From NCBI GenBank assembly GCA_035542955.1, contig DATKKO010000269.1:1-38089 (forward strand): a stretch of 38,089 nt of DNA. Direction: 5' to 3'. Below are positions 1-8,722 of this stretch, piece after piece. This stretch comes from Terriglobales bacterium. GTDB taxonomy: Bacteria; Eisenbacteria; RBG-16-71-46. The position numbers and the translations under genes are program-made. Below the pieces are notes generated by a model, which saw only the letters and a list, made by a program, of their open reading frames with translations, searched no databases and was not told the DNA's origin. Within the stretch, counting starts at the first letter, position 1, and each line of letters begins with the position of its first letter.

Positions 1-417
1 CTGCACCTTCTGCTGCATGCCCTTCGACAGCGTCTGCACCTGCTTGCCCGCCCACTCGGCCAGCTCCATGCGCTCGAGCAGACGGAGCCCCGCGGCCCGG
101 GCGTCGTGGGCGGAGAGGCCCTTGAGCTGGCCGTAGTAGGCCAGCACGTCGATCACGGGCACGCGCTTGTAGAGCCCGCGCTCCTCGGGCAGGTAGCCGA
201 TCCCGCGCCGGGTGTCCCCGTCCACCGCGCGGCCGTCGAGCAGGATCTCGCCCGAGTCCGGCTTCAGGATGTCGGTGATCATGCGGATCAGCGTGGTCTT
301 GCCCGCCCCGTTCGGGCCCAGCAGGGCGAAGATCTCGCCGGGACGCACCTCGAACGAGGCCCGGTTCACCACGATCGTGTCATCGAAGCTCTTGACGATG
401 TCGCGAACGTCGAGCAT
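1..417 (-). CDS. ABC transporter ATP-binding protein, N-terminal 139 codons (the gene runs off the left window edge)
   Basis: Absent from the ORF track because it is open-ended. The reverse complement from the ATG (417-415) reads MLDVRDIVKSFDDTIVVNRASFEVRPGEIFALLGPNGAGKTTLIRMITDILKPDSGEILLDGR...TLSKGMQQKVQ. This contains a Walker A motif (GPNGAGKT) and an ABC signature-like LSKGMQQ. GC3 is high and a GGGAGA Shine-Dalgarno (SD)-like element lies upstream. Confidence 0.9.
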   Translation of the reverse strand, partial: MLDVRDIVKSFDDTIVVNRASFEVRPGEIFALLGPNGAGKTTLIRMITDILKPDSGEILLDGRAVDGDTRRGIGYLPEERGLYKRVPVIDVLAYYGQLKGLSAHDARAAGLRLLERMELAEWAGKQVQTLSKGMQQKVQ

Positions 418-745
418 GGGGTTCTCCCGGGGATCGAGCGCCCCGTGCCATGGGGCAAGACGGAGGCAGATGCGGGAGGTTACGGGATGCCCGCTCCCCG
501 CTCAACCGCCCCCGCCGCGGCGCTGCCGTCCGGGGCGAGGCCCCCCGCGCGGCTCACGGGAACCGGCCGGTGCTCGGCCGCGCCGCGCAGAATGTGGCCG
601 CCCCCCTCGCATCGTGCATGGGCCGCGCGCGCTAACTCGCATCGCCCGCGGGGTGGCCTGCTGGCCTCACATTTGCGAATATCGCTACGTTCACGCGGCG
701 GCTGTCCCCGTCCGCTCTCCGGCTCACGTCCCGGTGGCGCCTGCG

Positions 746-1996
746 ATGAATCCGATCTCGAAGCGGCTCGTCCCTCTGCTCGGAGTCCTCGTCCTGCTCG
801 CGGGGTGCGGCACGGGCGCGCGTCTGGTCGCGCCCGTCATCCCGCCTCTTGATTCGCTGAGCATCTCGCCTCGCGTCGACACGCTCACGGTCGGCCAGTT
901 CCTGCATTTCGTCGCCACGGCCGTGGACACGTCGGGACACCCGTACACCGGCGTGCTCCTGTGGGCGAGCGGCGATCCCGGCGTGGTCACGGTCACGAGC
1001 ACGGGCCAGGCCCGGGCGGCGGGCGAGGGCTCGGCCTGGGTCTACGTCGCGGGCGGAGGACTGCGCGACAGCGCGCGCGTGCTCGTCAATCCGGCGACGA
1101 CGGGGTGGGTCATCCAGTTGAGCGGGGCCACGGAGAATCTGAATGCGGTGTACTTCGATCCCGCCGGACGTCTGGGCTGGGCCGTCGGCGACGGAGGCGT
1201 GATCCTCTCGACGCGGAGCGCGGGAGCCACGTGGGACCGGCAGCGGCCCACGACCTTCAATCTCCACGGCGTGTGGTTCACGAGCGCGACCGACGGCTGG
1301 GCCGTGGGGGACGCGGGCACCGTTCTGCAGACCCGGGACGGAATCGACTGGACGCGCGTTCCACCGGAGTCCACGCGCACCAGCGAGAATCTGATGCACG
1401 TGCACTTCGCCACCCGCGACACGGGCTGGGTCGTGGGTGCGAACGGCTTCACCATGCGCACCTTCGATCGCGGAAAGTCGTGGAGTCGGCTCTACCTGCT
1501 TCCGCTCAACCGTCCCCAGCTCGACGACGTGAAGTTCGCGGGCACCGTGGATGGCTGGGCGATCGGTGAGGACGGAAGCCTTCTCGGCACGCACGATCGC
1601 GGCACCTCCTGGTTCCTGTGGCAGCCGTCGCTCACGGACGCGCCGCTCAAGTCGCTCTGGATGCTGAACCGGTGGACGGCCGAGATCGTCGGCCTGCGCG
1701 GCACGGTGCTGGACACCGTGGCGGTCGCCGACTCGGCCCAATGGGAGCTGCGGAACGCAGGGAACAACTACGATCTGTGGGGCGTGTGCTTCCCGACCGC
1801 TGCCGTCGGCTACGCCGTCGGCGCGATCGGAGGACAGGGCGCCGTGCTCCGCAGCGACAACAGCGGGCAGACGTGGACCCCGCAGGTCGTGATGAGCCAG
1901 GTGCGCCTGAACGCCGTCTACTTCGTCGACCCGCTCCGCGGCTGGGCCGTGGGCAACAGCGGGACCATCCGGCACACCGCAACCGGCGGCCGGTAG
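746..1996 (+). CDS. Lipoprotein with a Big_2-like Ig domain followed by a 7-bladed Ycf48/BNR-like beta-propeller
   Basis: I use the internal ATG of ORF 212..1996. MNPISKRLVPLLGVLVLLAGCG is a signal peptide with a lipobox. The segment SISPRVDTLTVGQFLHFVATAVDTSGHPY...VTVTSTGQARAAGEGSAWVYV is Big_2-like. Seven repeats of the type LxxVxFxxxxxGWAVGxxGxxLxTxDGGxxW follow. The region upstream of 746 is Arg/Pro-rich junk that overlaps the divergent promoter region. Confidence 0.85.
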   Translation: MNPISKRLVPLLGVLVLLAGCGTGARLVAPVIPPLDSLSISPRVDTLTVGQFLHFVATAVDTSGHPYTGVLLWASGDPGVVTVTSTGQARAAGEGSAWVYVAGGGLRDSARVLVNPATTGWVIQLSGATENLNAVYFDPAGRLGWAVGDGGVILSTRSAGATWDRQRPTTFNLHGVWFTSATDGWAVGDAGTVLQTRDGIDWTRVPPESTRTSENLMHVHFATRDTGWVVGANGFTMRTFDRGKSWSRLYLLPLNRPQLDDVKFAGTVDGWAIGEDGSLLGTHDRGTSWFLWQPSLTDAPLKSLWMLNRWTAEIVGLRGTVLDTVAVADSAQWELRNAGNNYDLWGVCFPTAAVGYAVGAIGGQGAVLRSDNSGQTWTPQVVMSQVRLNAVYFVDPLRGWAVGNSGTIRHTATGGR

Positions 1997-2005
1997 CGCG
2001 GCGCC

Positions 2006-2614
2006 ATGGCGGTTCCGCTGGCAGCCGATTCCCGCGTGACGATGAACGACAGCCCCGAGGGGCTCGAGATCGTCATGCCCGCGCCGCGGAACTGGCTCGT
2101 GATCGGGTTCCTCTCGGTGTGGCTCATGGGCTGGGCCGCAGGTGAGACCTTCGCCGTGCGCGGCCTGCTCGGGCCGGCGCCGCTCCCGGCCCGGGCGTTC
2201 CTCGCGGTCTGGCTCGCGTTCTGGACGCTCGGCGGCGCGACGGCGCTGGGGGCCGTCGCGTGGATGCTGGCGGGCCACGAGCGCGTGCGGCTGCGCAGCG
2301 ACGCTCTCACCGTGCGATACGAGGTGCTCGGCATCGGCAGGGTCCGCGCGTACGCGCTCGATTCCATCTCGAAGCTGCGCTCTCTCTCGGCGCCGGCGCT
2401 GGCGGCCATGACGTTGCCGGGCACGCCGCCGCCGCTCGCTGAGCCCGCTCCCTCGCTGCAGCAGATCGGCGCCGTGCTCGCGATCACCGGCCTGCGCGGT
2501 GGCGGCATCGCCTTCGAGTCCCGGGGCCGCCCGGTGCGGCTCGGGCTGGCGCTGGACGCGGCGGAGGCGCAACAGGTCCTCACGCAGCTTCGGGCGCGCC
2601 ACTCCTTCGCCTAG
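2006..2614 (+). CDS. Hypothetical membrane protein (2 predicted TM helices), probably co-transcribed with the propeller lipoprotein
   Basis: It starts 9 nt after the upstream stop. GC3 is high. Hydrophobic segments are WLVIGFLSVWLMGWAAG and AFLAVWLAFWTLGGATALGAVAWML. I recognise no family motif. Confidence 0.6.
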   Translation: MAVPLAADSRVTMNDSPEGLEIVMPAPRNWLVIGFLSVWLMGWAAGETFAVRGLLGPAPLPARAFLAVWLAFWTLGGATALGAVAWMLAGHERVRLRSDALTVRYEVLGIGRVRAYALDSISKLRSLSAPALAAMTLPGTPPPLAEPAPSLQQIGAVLAITGLRGGGIAFESRGRPVRLGLALDAAEAQQVLTQLRARHSFA

Positions 2615-2714
2615 GCTCCGGCCGAGAATTCTGGACCCGCCCGCGGCGCGATTCACGGGGAGTTCTCAGGCAGAGCCGGGCTCCTGCCCGTCGGGTCTCG
2701 CCCGGCGTCTGCGC

Positions 2715-2720
2715 TATAGT
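2715..2720 (+). promoter_or_regulatory. Candidate -10 box TATAGT upstream of the NYN/YacP gene
   Basis: TATAGT is an AT island in otherwise GC-rich intergenic DNA, about 40 nt upstream of the ATG at 2762. The same hexamer recurs at 32591-32596. There is no convincing -35. Confidence 0.25.
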
Positions 2721-2761
2721 CTCCCGCGTTCCCCCTGAACTCTTCTCCGCGGGGCTCGTTC

Positions 2762-3277
2762 ATGGTTCGGCGCGTGATCATCGTCGACGGATACAACCTC
2801 ATCCATCGGGCGCCGCTCCTCAGGCCGGGCCCCGAGCGCAGCCTGCGCGAGTCGCGCGAGAAGCTCGTGAACTTGCTGAGCTGGGCCGTGGGCGGCGGCG
2901 AGGCGCGCTTCCTCGTGGTCTTCGACGGCGCCGAGGGCATGGAGGCGGAGGAGAGCGGCGGCCGTGTCGAGGTCCGCTACTCCCGGCCGCCGCTCAAGGC
3001 CGACGACGTGATCCGTGAGCTGGTCGAGGAGCTCCTGGGACACGGTATGCGCGTCACCGTCGTGACGGCGGATCTCGAGATCGCCCGCCACGCGCGCGCG
3101 ATGGGCGCGGACGTTTCGCTCACGGATCTCTTCCTCGCGAGCGTGCTGGGGCCGGCGATGGGCGAGGAGCCCGAGAAGCCGGTCTCGCTCTCGAAGAAGG
3201 AGATCGAGGAGTGGGCCGAGATCTTCCGCCGGCGCGGGACGCCCCCGTCCGGGGAAGGCGGACCTTCCTCCGAATGA
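2762..3277 (+). CDS. YacP/Rae1-like NYN (PIN-like) domain ribonuclease family protein
   Basis: The N-terminus MVRRVIIVDGYNLIH...FLVVFDG...VRYSRPPLKADDVIRELV...VTVVTADLEI is the typical YacP/DUF901 pattern: IVDGYN, VVFD, an acidic ADD and a T.D motif. Confidence 0.85.
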   Translation: MVRRVIIVDGYNLIHRAPLLRPGPERSLRESREKLVNLLSWAVGGGEARFLVVFDGAEGMEAEESGGRVEVRYSRPPLKADDVIRELVEELLGHGMRVTVVTADLEIARHARAMGADVSLTDLFLASVLGPAMGEEPEKPVSLSKKEIEEWAEIFRRRGTPPSGEGGPSSE

Positions 3278-3280
3278 CGA

Positions 3281-3307
3281 AGCGGGCGGGTGCCCGACCC
3301 GCCCGCT
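3281..3307. terminator. Perfect 11-bp GC-rich hairpin between convergent genes (candidate bidirectional terminator)
   Basis: AGCGGGCGGGT-gcccg-ACCCGCCCGCT lies 4 nt after the stop of the + gene (3277) and 26 nt from the stop of the - gene (3333). There is no U-tract. Confidence 0.6.
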
Positions 3308-3332
3308 CCGCGCGAACCCTCCGGGCAGCCCG

Positions 3333-4256
3333 CTAGGGCAGCTCGCTCGCGATCACGCAGGGCCGCACGAGGAACGGCGTGAGCCACGCCTGCGAGTCGT
3401 ACGGCGCCTGGTCGTCGAACAGCGTGCCGTGCGAGAGCGCGTTCACTCCGGCGTGCCAGAGCGCCGCGGCCCGCGGCATGGGGAACACGCCGGTGTACGT
3501 CCCGTCGCCGTTGTCGTGGAAGCGGAAGCGGTGACCGCGCAGCACGAGGAACACGAGGTCGTCGCTGTGCGACGTGGTCACGGTGAGCGTCACCTGGCTC
3601 CCGGGATCGACCGCGAACAGGCGCGGGAAATGGAAGAAGGCCAGCGGATCGGTGATGGTCGTGTCGATCACGCCCGCCTGCACCCTCAGGCTCAGGATCC
3701 GCGTGACCGCGTTGTTCGACGTCACCTCGACCGCGGAGGTCGCCACGATCCGCCAGCGGTCCGTCCCGGGGCGCCGATGCAGAAGCAGCCGACGGACCCA
3801 GCGGTCGTCGAGCGGCTTGCGGATCACGCGCAGGGTCGAGTCCATCGGCACGCTGTCCGTGCCCGGCACGCCGCTGAGGATGTTGAACGTTCCCGTGAGC
3901 CGCCGGTGCACGGTGACGATCGCGGTCGTCGGCCGGCCGGTCGTGTCGCTGTCCGCGAACGCGAACTCGAAGCTGCGCTCGACGTGCGTGATCGTGCGCC
4001 AGAAGCGGAGCGGGTGCGTCGCCGCGAGGCTCCCTGCCGGGGCTCCGTCCATCGTGGTCGCCTCGTCGGCGTCGAACTGTCCGTCGTCGACGACCTGTGG
4101 CGCCAGGGAGATCGCCTGCAGCACTCGAGTCGGGTCCGCGGACGTCCCGGTCCCCGGCGTGGCCGGACTCAGCAGCGTGTGGTGGTTCGTGCCGCAGCCG
4201 GCCAGTAAGCCGCCGGCCGCCAGCAGGAGCACGAGGAGCGGGAACTTCGATCGCAT
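3333..4256 (-). CDS. Hypothetical lipoprotein
   Basis: I use the internal ATG (4256) of ORF 3333..4439. MRSKFPLLVLLLAAGGLLAGCG is a signal peptide with a lipobox. GC3 is high. No recognisable family. Confidence 0.7.
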   Translation of the reverse strand: MRSKFPLLVLLLAAGGLLAGCGTNHHTLLSPATPGTGTSADPTRVLQAISLAPQVVDDGQFDADEATTMDGAPAGSLAATHPLRFWRTITHVERSFEFAFADSDTTGRPTTAIVTVHRRLTGTFNILSGVPGTDSVPMDSTLRVIRKPLDDRWVRRLLLHRRPGTDRWRIVATSAVEVTSNNAVTRILSLRVQAGVIDTTITDPLAFFHFPRLFAVDPGSQVTLTVTTSHSDDLVFLVLRGHRFRFHDNGDGTYTGVFPMPRAAALWHAGVNALSHGTLFDDQAPYDSQAWLTPFLVRPCVIASELP

Positions 4257-4456
4257 GGATGCCTCCGAAGCGGGGATGAAAGGGCCCGGGCGGGGACGTG
4301 AAGATCGTAAGCGAGCACGGCATGTGCCATCGTCACGAAGCCGCAAGCTGCGCGAAACTCGGGGGGCGCTCTCGCGCGGACGGAGGCGGGGTGTACGCGC
4401 CGGGTCACCCGCCGACGAGGACAGTCCGCCCGGGGACACCTCGGCCGCACGCGAAC

Positions 4457-4482
4457 GGGGCGGAGCCAGGAGGCCCCGCCCC
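4457..4482 (-). terminator. Stem-loop 20 nt downstream of the glycine-zipper lipoprotein gene
   Basis: The minus-strand RNA GGGGCGGGGCC-uccu-GGCUCCGCCCC forms an 11-bp stem with one G.U pair. On the plus strand that position is an A.C mismatch, so the structure favours the minus transcript. The U-tract is weak. Confidence 0.5.
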
Positions 4483-4502
4483 GCATGCGCGGCTCGATCG
4501 GC

Positions 4503-5288
4503 TCAGCGCTTGATCGCGACGGCCTCGCTCGTGTTGAAGGTGATCTTCGTGCCCTCCTTCAGCACGACCTGGTATCCCTTCGAAGCCGCCACCGCGCCGC
4601 CGGCCGCCGCGCCCCCGATCAGCCCGCCGATCAGCGCGCCCTTGCCGCTTCCGCCCACCGCGCGCCCGATGAGCGCGCCCGCCGCCGCCCCGCCTGCCAT
4701 CGCGCCGAGGTTCCGCGCGCGTGTCGAGCCCGCGATCACCGCCTCCGTGGTCGCGTGCACCTTGTAGCTGCTCCCCTCGACCGTCATGCCGTCCACGGCC
4801 AGATCGAGCATCGCGCGATCACCCTTCTTCGCGGGCTTCACGTCCGTCACCGTTCCGCTCACGGTGCTGCCGGCGGGGATGACCGTCTTCTCGCCCACGT
4901 TCACGTTCTCCGCGACCACCCCGCTCCAGGTGTCGCCGACCTGCGCGGTCTGGGACGAGATCGCGCTGTTCAGCGTGACCGTGATCGCCGTGCCCGAGGC
5001 GACCGTGATCCCGGGAGTCGGCGCCGGGGCCGCCGGGGCCTTGGCGTGGGGCGCGGGCGTGGTCTTGTGCGGCTTCGGCGTCGGAGCCGTCTCGGTCGGC
5101 GGCGGGGTCGTGGGCGGAGGAACCTGGCCCTGAGGCGTCAGGTTGCCCTGACCCTGCTCGGTGGGATTGGTCGCGAAGGCCGTGGTGTCGGCGGATGTCG
5201 TCTGTGCCGCCTGCTTCTTGGCGCAACCCGCGACCAGGGCTGCGAGACAGAGTGCCAGACTCAAGATGATCCACGGACGATGACGCAT
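4503..5288 (-). CDS. Lipoprotein with a Pro/Thr-rich linker and a C-terminal glycine-zipper region
   Basis: I use the internal ATG (5288), preceded by GGAGGAG. MRHRPWIILSLALCLAALVAGCA has a lipobox. The linker reads PPPTTPPPTETAPTPKPHKTTPAPHAKAPAAPAPTP. The C-terminal GAMAGGAAAGALIGRAVGGSGKGALIGGLIGGAAAGGAVA is a glycine-zipper type sequence, as in 17-kDa antigen/Omp-like proteins. Confidence 0.8.
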   Translation of the reverse strand: MRHRPWIILSLALCLAALVAGCAKKQAAQTTSADTTAFATNPTEQGQGNLTPQGQVPPPTTPPPTETAPTPKPHKTTPAPHAKAPAAPAPTPGITVASGTAITVTLNSAISSQTAQVGDTWSGVVAENVNVGEKTVIPAGSTVSGTVTDVKPAKKGDRAMLDLAVDGMTVEGSSYKVHATTEAVIAGSTRARNLGAMAGGAAAGALIGRAVGGSGKGALIGGLIGGAAAGGAVAASKGYQVVLKEGTKITFNTSEAVAIKR

Positions 5289-5635
5289 TTCGAGTCTCCT
5301 CCTGCCGTCCCGGATCCTTCCGGGCGCCTTTTCCCGCCATCTCGGCGAACGAGTTCTCCGATCCCTGGACCGCACCAGCCCGAGTCGGGGGCCGCGGACT
5401 CCCTCCGGGGACCGGGGCAGGATGCGACGGGGCCGGCTCGAACGCAAGCGCGGTCGCCGCGATCGTCGCCGTGGCACACGACGCGCCCGCCGATCCCGCC
5501 CCGTCGTGGGCGAGTCGAAGCGGACGGTCGCGCGCTCGGAACGATGACCCTCGTCCCGCGCCACCCGCTGGGCGCGTGAGCCTCCGTGGGCTACTCTGCG
5601 CCCGGTCTCGTTCCCTCGTGCCCGGAGGATCGCTC

Positions 5636-7159
5636 ATGAACATCGTCTTTCGCCGCGGCCGTCCCGCGCAGCGCCCGGCTGGCGCGCTCGTCGTCGGCGT
5701 GCTCGAGGGCGAGCGCAAGCCCTCCGGCGCCGTGGCCGCGATCGATCGCGCCGCCCGCGGCGCGGTGTCCGCGCTCCTCGCCCGGCGCGACTTCAGCGGG
5801 GCGCCGGCCGAGATCGCGGTGCTCTATCCCGGCAACCTCCGCGCGAAGCGGCTCCTGGTCGCGGGGCTCGGGCCCCGCGCGGAGCTGACCACCCATCGCG
5901 TGCGGCTCGCGGCGGCCGCGGCGGCGCGGAAGGCGCGTGATCTGCGCGCGCGCACCGTGATCATGACGCCGCTCGGCGCCGAGCGGCTCGATCCGGCCGC
6001 CGCGGCGCAGGCCGTCGCCGAAGGCGCGGCGCTCGGGCCCTGGCGTTTCGGCGCGTATCGGACGAAGGCGTCTCCTCCGGCGCTCACGCGCGTCGAGATC
6101 GTGGACGCGGAGCCCGCCCGGGCCGCGGCGATGGCCGAGGCGGTCGAGCGGGGCGCGCGCTGGGCCGAGGGCACGCTGCTCGCGCGGGATCTCGCCTGGA
6201 CGCCGGGCGCCGACCTGACGCCCGAGCGTCTCGCCGCGCGCGCGGCCGAGGTGGCGCGCGCGAGCGGGGCGCGCATCGAGGTGCTCGACGTGCCCGCGAT
6301 GGAGCGCCTCGGCATGAGCGGGGTGCTCGGCGTGGGCCGGGGCAGCGCGAACCCGCCGCGCTTCGTGGTCCTCGAGCGCGCGCGGCGCGGCCGCGGGCAC
6401 CGCGGCGCGGAGCGCCGTGGTCGCGCCGAAGCGCCCGCGGTGGTGCTGGTGGGCAAGGGCGTGACCTTCGACACCGGCGGGATCTCGCTCAAGCCCCGCG
6501 AGAACCTGCACGAGATGAAGTACGACATGTCGGGCGCGGCGGCCGTGCTCGGCGTGTTCTCGGCGCTCGCGGGAGCGGCGCCGTCCATGCGTCTCGTCGG
6601 CCTGCTGCCCGCGGCCGAGAACATGCCGGGCGGCCGCGCGCTGAAGCCGGGCGACGTGCTCCGCATGCTGGACGGCACGACGGTCGAGATCACGAACACG
6701 GATGCCGAGGGCCGCCTGCTGCTCGCGGACGCGCTGGCGTACGCGAAGCGCTGGGAAGGCGCGACGGTGATCGACATCGCCACGCTCACGGGCGCGATCG
6801 GGATCGCGCTGGGGCACGCGGCGGCGGGATTGTTCACCGCGGACGAGGCGCTCGCGGGCGAGCTGCTCGCGGCGGGGGAGGCGGCGGGCGAGCGCCTGTG
6901 GCGGATGCCGCTGTGGAAGGACTACGAGCGCGATCTCGAGAGCGACACCGCCGACGTGGTCAACGCGGGCCCGCGCGAGGGCGGGGCGTGCAGCGCGGCG
7001 CGGTTCCTCGAGCGCTTCACGGGCGGGATGCGCTGGGCGCATCTCGACATCGCGAGCACGGGCTGGGCCTCGGCCGACCGGCCGCACGAGCGTCGCGGCC
7101 CGACGGGGTTCGGCGTGAGGCTTCTGCTCGAGTGGCTGGCGCGCCGCGCAGGCGCGTAG
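5636..7159 (+). CDS. pepA: Leucyl aminopeptidase (peptidase M17)
   Basis: I use the internal ATG preceded by GGAGGA. M17 hallmarks are VGKGVTFDTGGISLKP, MKYDMSGAAAV and NTDAEGRLLLADAL. The overall length (507 aa) is typical. Confidence 0.95.
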   Translation: MNIVFRRGRPAQRPAGALVVGVLEGERKPSGAVAAIDRAARGAVSALLARRDFSGAPAEIAVLYPGNLRAKRLLVAGLGPRAELTTHRVRLAAAAAARKARDLRARTVIMTPLGAERLDPAAAAQAVAEGAALGPWRFGAYRTKASPPALTRVEIVDAEPARAAAMAEAVERGARWAEGTLLARDLAWTPGADLTPERLAARAAEVARASGARIEVLDVPAMERLGMSGVLGVGRGSANPPRFVVLERARRGRGHRGAERRGRAEAPAVVLVGKGVTFDTGGISLKPRENLHEMKYDMSGAAAVLGVFSALAGAAPSMRLVGLLPAAENMPGGRALKPGDVLRMLDGTTVEITNTDAEGRLLLADALAYAKRWEGATVIDIATLTGAIGIALGHAAAGLFTADEALAGELLAAGEAAGERLWRMPLWKDYERDLESDTADVVNAGPREGGACSAARFLERFTGGMRWAHLDIASTGWASADRPHERRGPTGFGVRLLLEWLARRAGA

Positions 7160-7164
7160 AGGGG

Positions 7165-7929
7165 CTACTTCTTCGGCTGCGGCGCGCGGCGCTTGAGCGG
7201 AGGGGCCTGGCGCTCCACCGTGATGCCCGACTCCACCTGCTGGAGCTTCAGCATGCGGCCATCGGGCGCGACCCAGACCGTGAAGGCCGTCTTCGTGTCG
7301 GCCATGAGCAGCTTGCGCGCGACCACGGGCCGCGCGCCCCAGCGGATCGTCTCGGTCCCCTGGTGGGTCACGTCCACCTCGACCAGCGAGTCGCGCGCGG
7401 TGAGGACCAGCAGGTTGATCGGGCGCCGGTCGAAGGTCTTCCCGTGCAGCGTGCGGGCGATGTAGGTGAAGGTCGTGAACAGCGGAGGGTCGAGCACGTA
7501 GAGCCGGCCCGGGGGGAGCACGGCCCGGTCGCCCTGCCCGCGGTCGCTGACCTCGCGCCAGATCGTGAACAGGGTGTCGCCCGGCGTGGTCTCGACGCCG
7601 CGCCGCAGCGTGTCGGAACCCATGATCTGCTGGGACTGGTAGCGCACGAACGCGTAGTCGAGCGCCCCGACCTGGAGCGCCATGGTCTTGTCCGGGCGGC
7701 CGCCCTGCGCCTCGGCCGCGAGATAGCTGGCCGCGCGCACGACCAGCGTGTCCGCGTCGCGGTCCATCCTGAAGTCCTCGGCCCGGACCGCTTTCCCGTG
7801 CTGGTAGATGATCATCCTGCCCTCGTCGAGCGTTTCGATCTCGGCCACGGCCGGGGCGGCGCGGAGGGCGAGCGCGGCGAGGACGGCGATCAGCGGAGCG
7901 GACCATCGCATCGCGGAAGATCGGATCAT
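7165..7929 (-). CDS. Hypothetical secreted protein
   Basis: MIRSSAMRWSAPLIAVLAALALRAAPAVAE is a signal peptide. The alternative start is at 7911. GC3 is high. It is convergent with pepA, with 5 nt between the stops. No recognisable family. Confidence 0.65.
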   Translation of the reverse strand: MIRSSAMRWSAPLIAVLAALALRAAPAVAEIETLDEGRMIIYQHGKAVRAEDFRMDRDADTLVVRAASYLAAEAQGGRPDKTMALQVGALDYAFVRYQSQQIMGSDTLRRGVETTPGDTLFTIWREVSDRGQGDRAVLPPGRLYVLDPPLFTTFTYIARTLHGKTFDRRPINLLVLTARDSLVEVDVTHQGTETIRWGARPVVARKLLMADTKTAFTVWVAPDGRMLKLQQVESGITVERQAPPLKRRAPQPKK

Positions 7930-8074
7930 GCACAACCACGGTACCACACGCGCTCCTGGCTCCGCCCGCCGGACTCATGCGCTTCGCGCGGGGGTGCCCC
8001 GATCGCTCGGCGCGCACTCCCGCGCCGCGCCTTCGCCCTGGCGGCGAGTCGAGCCTCGGGGCTAGGCTTGGTTC

Positions 8075-8722
8075 GTGCTGGGAAATCTGGCGGAACCCGC
8101 GCTGCTGGGCTTCTCCTCGGGCTTGGTCTGCCTCGCCGCGTGCGGCCCGGTGCTGCTGCCCTGGCTCGCGGCGGCGGGCGAGGGCGGGCGCGGCACCGCG
8201 AGGCTGCTCGCGCAGTTCCTCGGCGGCCGGCTCGTCGGCTATCTCGGCTTCGCGAGCCTCGCCTGGGCGATCGGGCTCGCGCTGCCCCTGCCCGCGCGCA
8301 CGAATGCCTTCGCGTACGGGCTGGTGCACATCGCCCTCGCGATCGCCCTGCTGGTCTTCGCCGTTCCCGCCCGGCGTCGTCCCGAGCCGTGCGCGCGGCT
8401 CTCGATCTTCCGGCGGGCGACCACGAGGTCCGGCTTCCTCGCCCCGGTCCTGCTCGGCTTCCTCACCGGACTCAACCTGTGCCCCCCGTTCGTCGCGGCG
8501 GGCGTGCGCGCCGCCGAGCGTCACAGCCTGCCGGGCGCGCTGGCCTTCTTCCTGTTGTTCTTCGCGGGAACATTGGTCTGGTTCCTGCCGTATCTGGGGA
8601 GCGCGCTGCTGCGCCGCCTGCCGGCCGTGCCGACCGTGGCCCGATGGTCGGCGGCGCTGGTCGCCGTCTATTATCTGCTCCTCGGAGGGTTGACCCTGGG
8701 AGGCGCCTGGCTCCATGGCTGA
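8075..8722 (+). CDS. DsbD_2/TauE-like polytopic membrane protein (cytochrome-c-biogenesis-type transmembrane thiol transfer family)
   Basis: GTG start. There are about 6 hydrophobic helices. Cys motifs sit in TM segments (GLVCLAACGPVLLPWL and GLNLCPPFVAAG), reminiscent of CcdA/DsbD-type proteins. The 3' end overlaps the next gene by 8 nt. Confidence 0.7.
   Translation: MLGNLAEPALLGFSSGLVCLAACGPVLLPWLAAAGEGGRGTARLLAQFLGGRLVGYLGFASLAWAIGLALPLPARTNAFAYGLVHIALAIALLVFAVPARRRPEPCARLSIFRRATTRSGFLAPVLLGFLTGLNLCPPFVAAGVRAAERHSLPGALAFFLLFFAGTLVWFLPYLGSALLRRLPAVPTVARWSAALVAVYYLLLGGLTLGGAWLHG

Noticed and set aside
212-745. Several longest-ORF calls have upstream extensions: 212-745, 5471-5635, 4257-4439, 5289-5564, 20011-20148, 21438-21542, 24560-24652, 25307-25375 and 27734-27967.
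   Set aside because: The extensions are Arg/Pro/Ser-rich and lack hydrophobic signal sequences. They run into divergent promoters or neighbouring genes. The internal starts are followed immediately by signal peptides or lipoboxes or canonical domain N-termini, and most are preceded by GGAGG-type SD sequences.
632-2656. The 674-aa minus-strand ORF lies across the propeller lipoprotein locus.
   Set aside because: It is antisense to a gene with seven clean propeller repeats and a lipoprotein signal. Its translation is Arg-rich low complexity.
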